From: Candidatus Marinacidobacterales bacterium
GTDB taxonomy: Bacteria > Acidobacteriota > Vicinamibacteria > Marinacidobacterales > DATDRI01
Direction: 5' to 3'
Assembly: GCA_965219415.1 (NCBI GenBank)
Contig: CBDCNP010000002.1
Span: forward strand, 1,088,001-1,152,000
DNA length: 64,000 bases
Part shown: one piece after another, positions 9,238 through 19,028 of the stretch
Position numbering within the stretch: the stretch's first letter is position 1
Layout: the number at the start of each line of letters is the position of its first letter
Made by a program: the position numbers and the translations under genes
The notes under the pieces: model-generated
What the model saw: only the letters and a program-made list of their open reading frames with translations
What the model was told of the DNA's origin: nothing
Database searches by the model: none

Positions 9238-11669
9238 CTTTCCCTTTCCAAGGCCCGCGCCGAGGCGACCTCGCGTTGAGCCTCCTCGGTGCGACCTAGC
9301 CGCGTAAGAATGTCCGCCAGCAGGTAGTGGCCCATCGGTGCCATGTCGGGGCTCGGCCCAAGGGTGAGGCCCGTTCGCGCCAAATCCATCGCCTCGTCCA
9401 AGCCTCCACCCGAGTCGAGGAGGCTTTTCGCCAGGAAGAAGTGCCCTTCCGCGAATTCAGGATTGATCTCGATGGCACGCCGGAAAGCGGTTACCTGGCC
9501 CTCTCGATCACCCGTGGCGTCCAGCAACAGCCCGAGGTTGAACTCCACTCGGTAGCTCTCGGGATAAAGCGCAAGCTCCTGCTCATAGAGTCGCATCGCC
9601 TCTCGCGCGTCACCTCGCGACTCCGCAACAAGAGCGAGGTTGAAATGAGCGAGTCGCACATCCGGCTTCATGGCGAGCGCTTCGTTGATAAGGGTTGCGG
9701 CGGTCTCGGGATCCGAGCGCTTGAGCGCGACCACACCTCGTGCATTTTGCGCCGCAGCCATCTCGGGCGAGAACCGGACCGCTTCGAGCAGGTGCTGCTC
9801 CGCTTCCTCGAGCTCGTTTCGCTGTAACAGCATTTGAGCCAGCTCGTACCGGATCTGCGCGTTGCGCGGATCGAGCCGCAAGAACTGCCGGTAGCCCAGC
9901 ATGGCATCATCGGGCTGCCCGGCCTTGCGGTAGGCGTTGGCGAGATTGATGACCGCGAGGTCATAGTCCGGCTTGAGCTCCAGAGCCTTTTGATAGCTAC
10001 GAATAGCCTCGGGGAAAAGACGTTCTTTGAGTTGCACGTTGCCGAGGCGCACCCACGCGTCGATCACCTCGGGGTCTTCATCGAGCACCTGCTGCAGCGC
10101 CTCGATGGCCGCCGGCGGGCCCCCCTCGCCGAGTTCGGCCTCGCGGGAGCGGCGCATCAGGTTGTACAAATGGATCTTGTCCTTCGGATCGGCCAAAGTG
10201 GATCGCTCGGACGGGGTAGGGTCCGCGGAAACGAAGCTGCCGACGTAGCCGAGGGCGGCGAGGAGGGCACGCGTATCGGGGTCGACCTCCTCGGTACGGA
10301 TGGCCGGAGCGTTCTTTTGCCACTCCGACTCCAGAGCCGTAAGTTGGGCGTGCATGCGGTCGGCCTGGTCGCTACGTTCCGAGTAAAGGTTAGTCTCCTC
10401 GTTTGGATCGGTGGAAAGGTCGTAGAGCTCGGGGCGGGGCGCGGCAATGTATTTCAAGTCGCCGGCCCGAAGCGCGCGCAGATCGCTCCAGCCAAAGTGA
10501 TAGCGCGGATAGACGGCCTCGGAGTAGGCGGTGAGCCGCAGGGAGCGCTCGGTGCCCGTAAGCAACGGCGCAAGCGTGACTCCCGCCGTCTCCTCGCTGG
10601 CGTCGACCCCCAATAGGTCGAGTGCCGTCGGCAGCACGTCGACGGCCCGCACCAGCGCGTCCACTCGACGATCCTTCATCGAATCGTAAGGTGCCCGGAT
10701 GATGAAGGGGACTCGGATCGCTCCCTCGTAAACGAAAAAGCCATGGCCCGACTCCCCGTGATCTCCCAAACTCTCGCCGTGATCTCCGATCACCATCACC
10801 ACCGTGTCTCGCGTGCGATCTTTACGATCGAGCCACTTCAGCAGGCGTCCGACCTGCGAGTCCACGTAGGCGATCTCACCCACGTAGGGACGATCCCTAA
10901 ATTGCGTGGCGTATGGCTCGGGAGGCTCGTAGGGAGAGTGAGGGTCGTAGAAGTGCACCCAGGAGAAGAAGCGAGCCTCGGGTGCCTCATCGAGCCAGGC
11001 GAGTGCCGCGTCCGCGACCTCGCTGGCGGGGCGCTCGATCTCACTGAGCGAAAGGCTCGCCGTTTTTCTGAGATCGAAGTTGTCGAAGTAGGTGTCGAAG
11101 CCCTGGGCGATACCCCACTTCGCGTCCAGGACGAATGACCCGACGAAACCGCCGGTGCGCAGACCGGCTTCTCGGAGACGCTCGGCGAGAACAACGTGCT
11201 CCTCGCCGAGATAGAAACCTCCGTTGTCCCGCACGCCGTGAGCCGGAGGGAACTTGCCGGTGAACAAGGACGAGTGCGCGGGCAACGTCAGAGGCGCTAC
11301 GGATTCCGCCTGCTCGAATAGAACGCCCTCCCGTGCGAGCCGATCGATATGGGGCGTTTGGATATCGGGAAAACCGTAACTCCCTATGCGATCGGCGCGT
11401 GTGGTATCCAAAGTGACGATAAGAAGGCTCAAATCGTCCGCCGCTACCCCCTTGGGAAGCCTGCCGAGAGCGAGGCCCGAAGGCGCGTTGACGACGGGGG
11501 CCGGCAGAAGTCGCCAGACGACGACGGTCACCCCCGCGAGCAGCACGGACAGCGCTAGACCGCGAACAAGCCGAGGTGACCAGACTGATTTGCGCTCCGG
11601 GCCCGCCGTGGGGATTTCCGCGGGCTTTTCCGGTGCCGGGCGCTTCCAGCGAGATCGCTTGCGGGCCAT
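9234..11669 (-). CDS. Sulfatase-like hydrolase/transferase with N-terminal membrane anchor and C-terminal TPR repeats
   Basis: TLDTTRAD, TLPAHSSLFTG, HFYDPH, GDHGE and LAALGY, then TPRs. Confidence 0.9.
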   Translation of the reverse strand: MARKRSRWKRPAPEKPAEIPTAGPERKSVWSPRLVRGLALSVLLAGVTVVVWRLLPAPVVNAPSGLALGRLPKGVAADDLSLLIVTLDTTRADRIGSYGFPDIQTPHIDRLAREGVLFEQAESVAPLTLPAHSSLFTGKFPPAHGVRDNGGFYLGEEHVVLAERLREAGLRTGGFVGSFVLDAKWGIAQGFDTYFDNFDLRKTASLSLSEIERPASEVADAALAWLDEAPEARFFSWVHFYDPHSPYEPPEPYATQFRDRPYVGEIAYVDSQVGRLLKWLDRKDRTRDTVVMVIGDHGESLGDHGESGHGFFVYEGAIRVPFIIRAPYDSMKDRRVDALVRAVDVLPTALDLLGVDASEETAGVTLAPLLTGTERSLRLTAYSEAVYPRYHFGWSDLRALRAGDLKYIAAPRPELYDLSTDPNEETNLYSERSDQADRMHAQLTALESEWQKNAPAIRTEEVDPDTRALLAALGYVGSFVSADPTPSERSTLADPKDKIHLYNLMRRSREAELGEGGPPAAIEALQQVLDEDPEVIDAWVRLGNVQLKERLFPEAIRSYQKALELKPDYDLAVINLANAYRKAGQPDDAMLGYRQFLRLDPRNAQIRYELAQMLLQRNELEEAEQHLLEAVRFSPEMAAAQNARGVVALKRSDPETAATLINEALAMKPDVRLAHFNLALVAESRGDAREAMRLYEQELALYPESYRVEFNLGLLLDATGDREGQVTAFRRAIEINPEFAEGHFFLAKSLLDSGGGLDEAMDLARTGLTLGPSPDMAPMGHYLLADILTRLGRTEEAQREVASARALERES

Positions 11670-11804
11670 AGGCTAGACCATGATAGTCCAACTTGACTTC
11701 TTGGCGCTGCCGGGCGCTGCCGGCCGGCGTGGTCGGGAGGTCGTAGGCGCCGGGTTGATTGCGTCCGTCGGGGTTGATATAGAATCCGGATGCGAGGCCT
11801 AACC

Positions 11805-13229
11805 ATGCGATTTCCTCTTCTGATTCTGTGTGTTCTGCTAGCCGCTGTTGTGGCGGCGCCCGGACAGACGCGCGTAATGACCGCGAAGACGCGGGCCGAG
11901 ACGCTGCACCTGCTGCGCCGCGAGAAGCTCAATTTGATACTGCCGGGAGCGATGCGCGACAACGGCGTGGACATGTGGATCCACGTGATCCGCGCCGGCA
12001 ACCCCGATCCGCTGGAGGCCAACTTCGGTTCGGCCAGTGGCTATCTGATCTTCACCGACCGTAGAGATGACATCGAGCGCGCCGTGTTCGGCGGGGGACA
12101 CTCTGACTTCTTCGACATCTTCGGCTCGGACGAGCTCGGCCGTGCCATCGAGGGGTACGAGTATGGCAAACAGGACCCGCGCGTGTACGACGAACTGACG
12201 GAGTTCGTCGCCGAGCGCGATCCCGAGACCATCGCGGTGAACACTTCCGCCTGGCTCGCCGTCGCCGATGGCATTTCACACTCCGATTACGTGAAGCTCG
12301 AGCGGATCCTCGGGCCAAAGTACTCCGCGCGCATCGTGTCCGCGGAGAAGCTCATCACCGACTTCCGCGTGCGCCGGACGCAGCGTGAGATCGCAGCGTT
12401 CACTGACGCGGTCGAACAGCACCGCGGGATCCTCGAGCGAGCGCTATCACGCGAGGTCATCACCCCCGGAGTCACCACGCTGAGCGACGTCGGTTGGTGG
12501 GTGCGAGAAGAGATGTATCGCCGCCGGCTCAACCACGGGACGAGCCTCGGTGTCCCCATCCCGCGGATCCTCTACTCGGCGGCGTCCGAGCCCATCGATC
12601 CGCCCGACGTCCGCTGGTGGATTCATCACGACGATTACGTCATTCAGCGCGGCGACTTCATGACCTACGACATCGGTGTCAACTACCTCGACTACTTCGT
12701 CACCGATTACAAGCGCAACGCCTACGTGCTACGCGAGGGCGAGACCGGCGTGCCCGAGAGCCTGCAGCACGCCTTCGATCAGGCCATGCGGGCGCGCGAG
12801 ATCATCGCCGCCAACATCCGCGTCGGCCGTACCGCGCGCCAGACTCTCGACGGGAGCGTCCAGTCGCTCGAGGAAGCCGGCTACATTTACACGCCGTTCA
12901 TCGACATCGGCACCGAGGACTACAAGTTGATCCAGCAGGCGCTCGCCGACACCGACCGGTCCGGGTTCTCCATCGACTTGCATAGCCAGGGGCATCACGG
13001 CGGTAGCCTGATCACCGTCGGGCCGTCCCCCGCGCCGTTTCGTTCCGATCGCGACCACCTGGTGATCCAGGAGAACCACATCTTCTCCTTCGAGTACATG
13101 GTCCATACCAACCTGCCGGAGCGGCCGGGCTTCCCCATCTCGCTGAACATCGAGGGCAACCACGTCGTCACCAGTCGCGGCGTCGAGTACCTGCACCCGC
13201 CCAACGAGAGGATCCTGCTGATTCACTGA
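11805..13229 (+). CDS. Secreted M24 (Xaa-Pro aminopeptidase/pita-bread fold)-like protein, paralog 1
   Basis: Signal peptide; predicted metal ligands TYDIG, VTDYK, DLHSQG, FEYMVH, NIEGN. Confidence 0.8.
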   Translation: MRFPLLILCVLLAAVVAAPGQTRVMTAKTRAETLHLLRREKLNLILPGAMRDNGVDMWIHVIRAGNPDPLEANFGSASGYLIFTDRRDDIERAVFGGGHSDFFDIFGSDELGRAIEGYEYGKQDPRVYDELTEFVAERDPETIAVNTSAWLAVADGISHSDYVKLERILGPKYSARIVSAEKLITDFRVRRTQREIAAFTDAVEQHRGILERALSREVITPGVTTLSDVGWWVREEMYRRRLNHGTSLGVPIPRILYSAASEPIDPPDVRWWIHHDDYVIQRGDFMTYDIGVNYLDYFVTDYKRNAYVLREGETGVPESLQHAFDQAMRAREIIAANIRVGRTARQTLDGSVQSLEEAGYIYTPFIDIGTEDYKLIQQALADTDRSGFSIDLHSQGHHGGSLITVGPSPAPFRSDRDHLVIQENHIFSFEYMVHTNLPERPGFPISLNIEGNHVVTSRGVEYLHPPNERILLIH

Positions 13230-13332
13230 TCACCGCTCACGACCGGGCCCGGGCTTGACCCACGGGGCGAGTGGATCCAGTATGCCCACCCAAGGGGATC
13301 TTCCTGACCCCTTTGACCCGAGGAGGCTTGCC

Positions 13333-15063
13333 ATGCGCCAAGCAGCTGGTTGGATCGTCGCAGCCGTTTTCTTGGTCTCGACGATACTTGTGTTCGTCAC
13401 ATCGAGTGGAGTCGCCGCGCGAACCGGCGAAGAGGGCTCCACCTACGCGGACCTGGAGGCCCTATTCGAAAGCTCCCGAAAGCTCAACGAACCCCCGCTC
13501 GTCGACGGCATCCCGGACTACAGCGAGGCCGCGATGGCGCGCCAATATGAAGAACTGCGAGGCTTCCAGCGCCAACTGGAAGAGCTCGACATCGCGGCGT
13601 GGCCCATCACCCAGCAGATCGACTACCACCTCGTGCGGGCCGAGCTCAACGGCATCGAGTTCATGCATCGGGTGTTGAAACCCTGGACGAAAGATCCATA
13701 TCTGTACTGGGGCTCGTCAACCTCCACCAGCATGCCCTACTACGGATTCTCCGACCGGCCCGCGGTCCCCGAGGGTCCGGGATGGGGCGAGTCCGGGTAT
13801 GCGGGGGAGCCGGACTATCCGCTGAGCGAGCAGGAGCAAGAGGCTTATCGCACGCGCCTCAGCGCCCTGCCCAAGATCCTTGCCCAGGGGAAGGCCAACA
13901 TAGTCATTCCGGAAGCCAAGCGCGACATGGCTCTCATGGCCTTGCGTTCGCTGGCGGTGGAGGGCGGCTTGCTCGAGGGCATGGTGGTCTCCATGAAAGA
14001 GCATCACCCCGAGCTCGCGCCGGCGGCCCAAGCCGCCTGGGAGGCGATCGAGGACTACCGCGACTGGATCCTGAAAAACATCGACGACATGGCGGCACCG
14101 ACGGGAGTCGGGACCGAGAATCTGTCCCGGTGGCTGAAGAACGTCTGGCTAATCCCATACACCTACGAGGAAATCAGGACGATCGCGAAGCGCGAGTTCG
14201 AGCGCGGCCTCACGGCGCTCAAGCTCGAGGAGTACCGCAACCGCGACCTGCCGCGGCTGACGCCGGCGCAGGGCCGGGAGGAGTACATCCGCCGCCACCG
14301 CGCCGCCGAAGACAAGTTGCGGGCCTTCCTCCTGGACGGCGAGCTCATGACGGTCACGGCCGACGAGATCGAGGCGGCTTATGCCGCCTATCCTCCGCGC
14401 CCCCCGGCAACGCCGTCGGAGCAGCCGAACAACTTCCTCGGCGCCATCATCCATGAGCACTTGGGGCACCAGCTCGATGCGCTGCGGCCCGAGACCGGGA
14501 TGTCGAAGATCCGCGCTTCACGTCGGCTACACGAGATGACCCACGCGCGCCGTGAGGGGGTGGCCGACGGGCTGATCGAGATGTTGATGCACGCCGGGAT
14601 CCTCGACGACCAGCCCAGGATGCGCGAGCTCGTCGACATCGGCATAGCCAATCGTGCCAGCATCGCCATCGCAGCGTTGGAGTTTCAGGCGAACGCCGTC
14701 GATTACGAGGGATGGAACCGTCTTGAGCACAAGATGAGCATCTACGGATCGCTCGAGCTCGATGAGAGCGAGTGGTACAACGCCGCCGCCAACTACAACC
14801 GGTGGGACCACAAAAAGGATGCGGTTCGCGCGCCGGGTTATGAGATCGCGTATCTGACGGGCGTCGTCCAGTTCAACCAGCTGTTCGCCGACCGCGCCGA
14901 GCAGCTCGGCGCCGACTTCGACGTGCGAGAGTTCATGGACGAATTCTTCGCCGTCGGCCAGATCCCCACAGCGCTCATCCGCTGGCAGATGACCGGGCTT
15001 ACGGACGAGATGGAGACGCTGCTTGGCGTACCAGTCGCGTCACCGCCGCCCCCTTCAGATTGA
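13333..15063 (+). CDS. DUF885-like secreted putative metallopeptidase
   Basis: AGGAGG RBS, signal peptide, HEHLGH and REGVA motifs, and C-terminal FDVREFMDEFFAVGQIP typical of DUF885-like proteins. Confidence 0.7.
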   Translation: MRQAAGWIVAAVFLVSTILVFVTSSGVAARTGEEGSTYADLEALFESSRKLNEPPLVDGIPDYSEAAMARQYEELRGFQRQLEELDIAAWPITQQIDYHLVRAELNGIEFMHRVLKPWTKDPYLYWGSSTSTSMPYYGFSDRPAVPEGPGWGESGYAGEPDYPLSEQEQEAYRTRLSALPKILAQGKANIVIPEAKRDMALMALRSLAVEGGLLEGMVVSMKEHHPELAPAAQAAWEAIEDYRDWILKNIDDMAAPTGVGTENLSRWLKNVWLIPYTYEEIRTIAKREFERGLTALKLEEYRNRDLPRLTPAQGREEYIRRHRAAEDKLRAFLLDGELMTVTADEIEAAYAAYPPRPPATPSEQPNNFLGAIIHEHLGHQLDALRPETGMSKIRASRRLHEMTHARREGVADGLIEMLMHAGILDDQPRMRELVDIGIANRASIAIAALEFQANAVDYEGWNRLEHKMSIYGSLELDESEWYNAAANYNRWDHKKDAVRAPGYEIAYLTGVVQFNQLFADRAEQLGADFDVREFMDEFFAVGQIPTALIRWQMTGLTDEMETLLGVPVASPPPPSD

Positions 15064-15078
15064 TCGGGAGGGAGTGAA

Positions 15079-15113
15079 ACCGGGGAGGGGGGAGGACCAC
15101 TCCCCTCCCCGGT
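15079..15113. terminator. GC-rich hairpin between convergent genes, probable bidirectional terminator
   Basis: accggggagggg ... cccctccccggt forms a 12-bp inverted repeat; there is no clear U-tract. Confidence 0.6.
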
Positions 15114-15135
15114 CATCTTGTCAGGCTGTCAGAGG

Positions 15136-17976
15136 CTAGAACCGCCAACGAAATCCGAGACGGAAAGACCGCGGTCGCACGATTCCCGTGGTCGAGCCGA
15201 AGGCACGTTGGCTGTCCACGCTTTGCTCGGCATCGGTCTGGACGCCGGAGTTGAACACGTTGAATATGTCGACCATGGCGCTGGCGCGGCTATCTTTAAT
15301 CGGAAACAGCTTCTCGATCTTCAGATCGACGAGGATGCCACTGGGGTTGCGGAAGGAGCCTCTCGGCTCAGCCCAGATTTCCTGATCGCGCGGCTGGATG
15401 TCGATGAGCGGAATGTTCTGGTTGTACGGGTTCCCCGTGAAGATATTAACGTAGGTTCCGAGGATGACCTCCGCTGGCCCTTCGAATAATAGAGTAGAGG
15501 CAGCCACCTTGACCAGGTGGGTCGGATCGATCGTGAGGTGGCCGTCGGCGTTAATCTGCCAGTTGGGGTTATCATAGAGCGCCGAGCCGCCGAGCCCGGT
15601 GCTCCGTCCCTCTCGGAACTCCCCGAATTCGTTGTCATCGGTGCCGGTGGCCCTGCCGTAAGTGTACGAGCCCTGGGCTTGCCAGTTGTTCGACCAACGC
15701 TTGTTGAGGGTCGCGGTGATGCCGAAGTACGTCCGTTTCTGCTCGAAGTCCGTTAACGGTTGAAACGCCTGCCCGTAGTCTCTCCCCGGCTCGACGTTGG
15801 TGATGAGGAATTTGTTCTCACCGGGGTTGAGCTGGTTGAAGACGGTGAAGGACTTTCCGGTGAACTCGTCGGTGTACGGCACCGGCTCCCAAATGCCCGT
15901 CAGATTCAGAGGGTCCATGAAATCATGGTTGGTTATGTAGATGCCGGTGAGGTCCGCCGAGAAGTTTGCGGCCAGCTCCTTTTCGAAGCCCACCGCGAAC
16001 TGCCGATTGAAAGGTACCCTCAGATCGGGATCGACCGTGAACTGAGTTTCGTCGCGCACCTCTGTGAACTCGTGCACATATTGCTCTCCGTCCCAGGCGA
16101 AGAGCGAGAAATCGCTCTCCGGAGCCAAGCGGCTGAAGAAGAGGGCATGCACCTGGCGGTAGTACTTGCCCCAGTGGGCCTTGACGACCGCCGAGTTATC
16201 CCCAGACACGTCGATGGTGACCCCGATACGAGGCGCCAGGCCGTTTTTCGGCTTGTAGATCGTTCCGATGTCGATGAGTTCTCCCTCTGTCACCTTCGAT
16301 CCACCACTGGCTTTCTGCCCTGCCGCGGAGCCGCGCCAGCGGTTGAATCGAAGTCCGAGGTTCAGCCGGACCTTTTCGTTGACGTCCCAGGAGTCCTGCG
16401 CGTAGGCAGAGAATTTCTTGGGCGTGGCGAAGGTGCTGTAGCCGGCACCCTGCTCAAGGAGGTAGGGCTCGCCCCCCTGGTCGATGTAGAACCTTCCGCC
16501 GGTGGTGCCGAAATAGGTGTGGACCGGCGTGCTCTCCCATGTGCCGCCGAACTTGAAGTCGTGCGCGCCCCCGAGAAACTCCTCGGTGTAATGCGTGAGC
16601 GACGCGACGACCATGTAGCGCTCGCGATCGGCGTTGAAAGGGAAGGGAAAGTTGCCGCTGATGTGGTCCGTGAACTCGTCGAAACGGGCCGGCGTATCAT
16701 TATCTCCCGACTGCGAGCGTTCGGTGCCGTCCTGGAAGTGCCCGCCGAACTTTCCTTCGAAGAGCGTGTTATCGGACAAGAGATTGGTGTAGTTGAGGTT
16801 CCAGAAGTACTGGGTTCTCTCGCCGCGGAATTCCGTTCCCGGGGTATACCAGCCGCCATCGTCCGAACCAATGTTGTCCTCGGTCCGCTTGCTGTACTCG
16901 AGCAACCCGGTAAGGTGCTGCTTCTCCGCTAACTGCCAACTGACCTTGCCGATCATGCGCGAGTCCCTGTCCTTGGGGCCCTCGGTGAAGCCCGGGTCGG
17001 GCTTCGCGTCCGACAGTGAATACCTGAGCGAACCGAAGAACCACACTTTGTCTGCCTGGATGGGCCCGCCGACATCGACATGGTACGTTTGCCGGGTCGA
17101 AAAGAAGCCTCTGCGCTCGAGATCCGAATCGTCGGTATTCGAGCTGACCCAATCATCGTCCGTGAAGGTCAAGTCGACCAACCCTCGAATGTCGTTCGAG
17201 CCCGATTTCGTCGTCGCGTTGACGACGACGCCGTCGAAGCCATCGTACTCGGCGGGAGCTCCCAGGCCCATGACGTTGATCTCCTGGAGGGAGTCGAAAC
17301 CGAGGGGCGTCTCGGCCTCCCCCGCCTCCGGACTGTTGATGATCACGCCGTCGATGGCATACTGAATGCCCTGATCCGATCCGCCGTACGCGGAGTAGCC
17401 GCGACCGTCAGTGCCTGACCGACCTCCCGGATTGGAGTTATGCACCCCAGGTGTCAGTTTCACAATCCCTGCGATATTCTTTCCGGTAGGAACGTTCATG
17501 AGGACTTCGCTCGAGAGCTGCGTCGTCGCGAGCTCCGAACCCTGGACGTCCATGAGCGGAGGAATCGCGGTGACCTGGACGGTCTCGGTGACACTTCCCA
17601 GTTGCATCCGGAAGTCCACTCTGAGCGTCTGCTGGGTGCTCAAGCGAACGTCGTCCTGTCGTGCCGACGAGAAGCCGTCCATCGATGCCACGACCGAGTA
17701 AGTCCCCCTCCGGACCGCCGGGAATCGGTACGAGCCGCGTGCATCCGTCACCGCAGTGTGCTCGGTGCCCCGGTCCTCTCTGAGTATGGTTACCGTCGCG
17801 CCGGGCAGCACCCCGCCCTGCTCGTCGGTGACGACACCGTTAATCTGACCGGTGTCACGGGATTGGGCCCCCGCGAACGGTGCGCTGAGCAGTAATACCA
17901 GGCAGCCGAACACTGCCACCGACGCCATTGTTCTGGTGCCGCTTCTTCCTATCATCATCATTGCCCTCGACTTCAT
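15136..17976 (-). CDS. TonB-dependent receptor, Oar-like, with N-terminal carboxypeptidase-regulatory-like domain
   Basis: GVVTDEQGGVLPGATVT, LTPGV, TKSGSN, YAQDSW, APRIG, and C-terminal RLGFRWRF. Confidence 0.92.
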   Translation of the reverse strand: MKSRAMMMIGRSGTRTMASVAVFGCLVLLLSAPFAGAQSRDTGQINGVVTDEQGGVLPGATVTILREDRGTEHTAVTDARGSYRFPAVRRGTYSVVASMDGFSSARQDDVRLSTQQTLRVDFRMQLGSVTETVQVTAIPPLMDVQGSELATTQLSSEVLMNVPTGKNIAGIVKLTPGVHNSNPGGRSGTDGRGYSAYGGSDQGIQYAIDGVIINSPEAGEAETPLGFDSLQEINVMGLGAPAEYDGFDGVVVNATTKSGSNDIRGLVDLTFTDDDWVSSNTDDSDLERRGFFSTRQTYHVDVGGPIQADKVWFFGSLRYSLSDAKPDPGFTEGPKDRDSRMIGKVSWQLAEKQHLTGLLEYSKRTEDNIGSDDGGWYTPGTEFRGERTQYFWNLNYTNLLSDNTLFEGKFGGHFQDGTERSQSGDNDTPARFDEFTDHISGNFPFPFNADRERYMVVASLTHYTEEFLGGAHDFKFGGTWESTPVHTYFGTTGGRFYIDQGGEPYLLEQGAGYSTFATPKKFSAYAQDSWDVNEKVRLNLGLRFNRWRGSAAGQKASGGSKVTEGELIDIGTIYKPKNGLAPRIGVTIDVSGDNSAVVKAHWGKYYRQVHALFFSRLAPESDFSLFAWDGEQYVHEFTEVRDETQFTVDPDLRVPFNRQFAVGFEKELAANFSADLTGIYITNHDFMDPLNLTGIWEPVPYTDEFTGKSFTVFNQLNPGENKFLITNVEPGRDYGQAFQPLTDFEQKRTYFGITATLNKRWSNNWQAQGSYTYGRATGTDDNEFGEFREGRSTGLGGSALYDNPNWQINADGHLTIDPTHLVKVAASTLLFEGPAEVILGTYVNIFTGNPYNQNIPLIDIQPRDQEIWAEPRGSFRNPSGILVDLKIEKLFPIKDSRASAMVDIFNVFNSGVQTDAEQSVDSQRAFGSTTGIVRPRSFRLGFRWRF

Positions 17977-18051
17977 CCGACCACCCCTTTCCAAATGAAT
18001 AAAGGCCAGTTGTTGCCCCAAGTCAAACTGGGATTGTAGAACCTTTCGATT

Positions 18052-18061
18052 TTGTATGCAA
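18052..18061. promoter_or_regulatory. Putative GntR operator TTGTATGCAA upstream of the TonB receptor gene
   Basis: One mismatch from the perfect palindrome at 18924-18933. Confidence 0.55.
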
Positions 18062-18177
18062 TACCTAATTTACGATTCTTGCACAGTGCATTCTGGATAC
18101 GAGATTATGGATCAGGTACAAAATTATGGATCTTTGTTCGCTTTTGGCTCTTACTCCCGATCTAGGCCATCATTCGT

Positions 18178-18879
18178 CTAGGCCCGCTCCTGGATGACCG
18201 TGGTCTCTTCCGACGCGCGTCCGACAAGCCTCTCCACGAAGTCGTTATAGGTCGTAAGCCGGTTCTTTTCAAGAACCGCCAGGCCACGCTCGTAGTCCTT
18301 GCCCTCGATAGCCTGCAGAATCTCATTGTGCTCCGCAATCGATTCGTCCCACTCATTGATGGCGGAGAAGGCCCAGACCTCTAGCCGCTTGACCTGCATG
18401 CGTAGCTCGTCGAGTAGCTCGCAGAGCCGACGATTCCCGCACTTTTCCGAGAGCTGGTGGTGAAACTGATTGTTGAGCTCGATACCGGCCCCAATGTCGT
18501 TCAGGCGCTTGGCGCCTTCGTAGTCCTGGTTGGCAGCCCGGAGCCGATCCAGTGCGTCTTCATCAATTCGCGGAAAAGACAGGCGGGCGGCGAGAAGCTC
18601 GAGCGCACCTATGATCGGATAGAGCTCGACGAGCTCTGCGATGGATTCCTTGGGCACGCGGAATCCACGATGTGGGATCCGCTCGAGGAAGCCTTCCGAT
18701 GCGAGTCGGCCGAGAGATTCCCGAACCGGAGTTCGGCTTACTCCCAACCCTTCACTGACTTCCTGCTCGCGGATGAACTCCCCGGACCCGACTTTCCCGG
18801 CCAGGATCCGGTCCCTCAGCGCCTGATAGACTTTTTCTGTCAACGTCGTGGACGTGAGCCGTTCCCACGAGTCGGTCAT
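18178..18879 (-). CDS. GntR-family (FCD domain) transcriptional regulator
   Basis: HTH GVSRTPVRESLGRLASEG; FCD motifs NNQFH and SIAEH. Confidence 0.93.
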   Translation of the reverse strand: MTDSWERLTSTTLTEKVYQALRDRILAGKVGSGEFIREQEVSEGLGVSRTPVRESLGRLASEGFLERIPHRGFRVPKESIAELVELYPIIGALELLAARLSFPRIDEDALDRLRAANQDYEGAKRLNDIGAGIELNNQFHHQLSEKCGNRRLCELLDELRMQVKRLEVWAFSAINEWDESIAEHNEILQAIEGKDYERGLAVLEKNRLTTYNDFVERLVGRASEETTVIQERA

Positions 18880-18923
18880 GAGGTCCACCTTGTATCACAG
18901 AAACAGGTAGTTTTCTCCAATTT

Positions 18924-18933
18924 TTGTATACAA
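18924..18933. promoter_or_regulatory. Perfect palindrome TTGTATACAA, putative GntR autoregulatory operator
   Basis: Lies in the AT-rich divergent region about 45 bp upstream of the gntR start. Confidence 0.65.
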
Positions 18934-19028
18934 TGATTTCGTCGGGAGCTAAATTCGTGTGGAAGCTTGAATTTGGGGCGGCAATTCGTGCCCAGGGTCG
19001 TCCGTCAACAGTCCGCCGATGGCCTCAC

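Noticed and set aside
11752-11778. gggttgat direct repeat in the divergent promoter region
   Set aside because: Too short to distinguish from chance.
15760-16932. 390-aa plus-strand ORF (and the similar 53487..54803)
   Set aside because: Each is antisense to a clear gene (TonB receptor, VPS10 protein).
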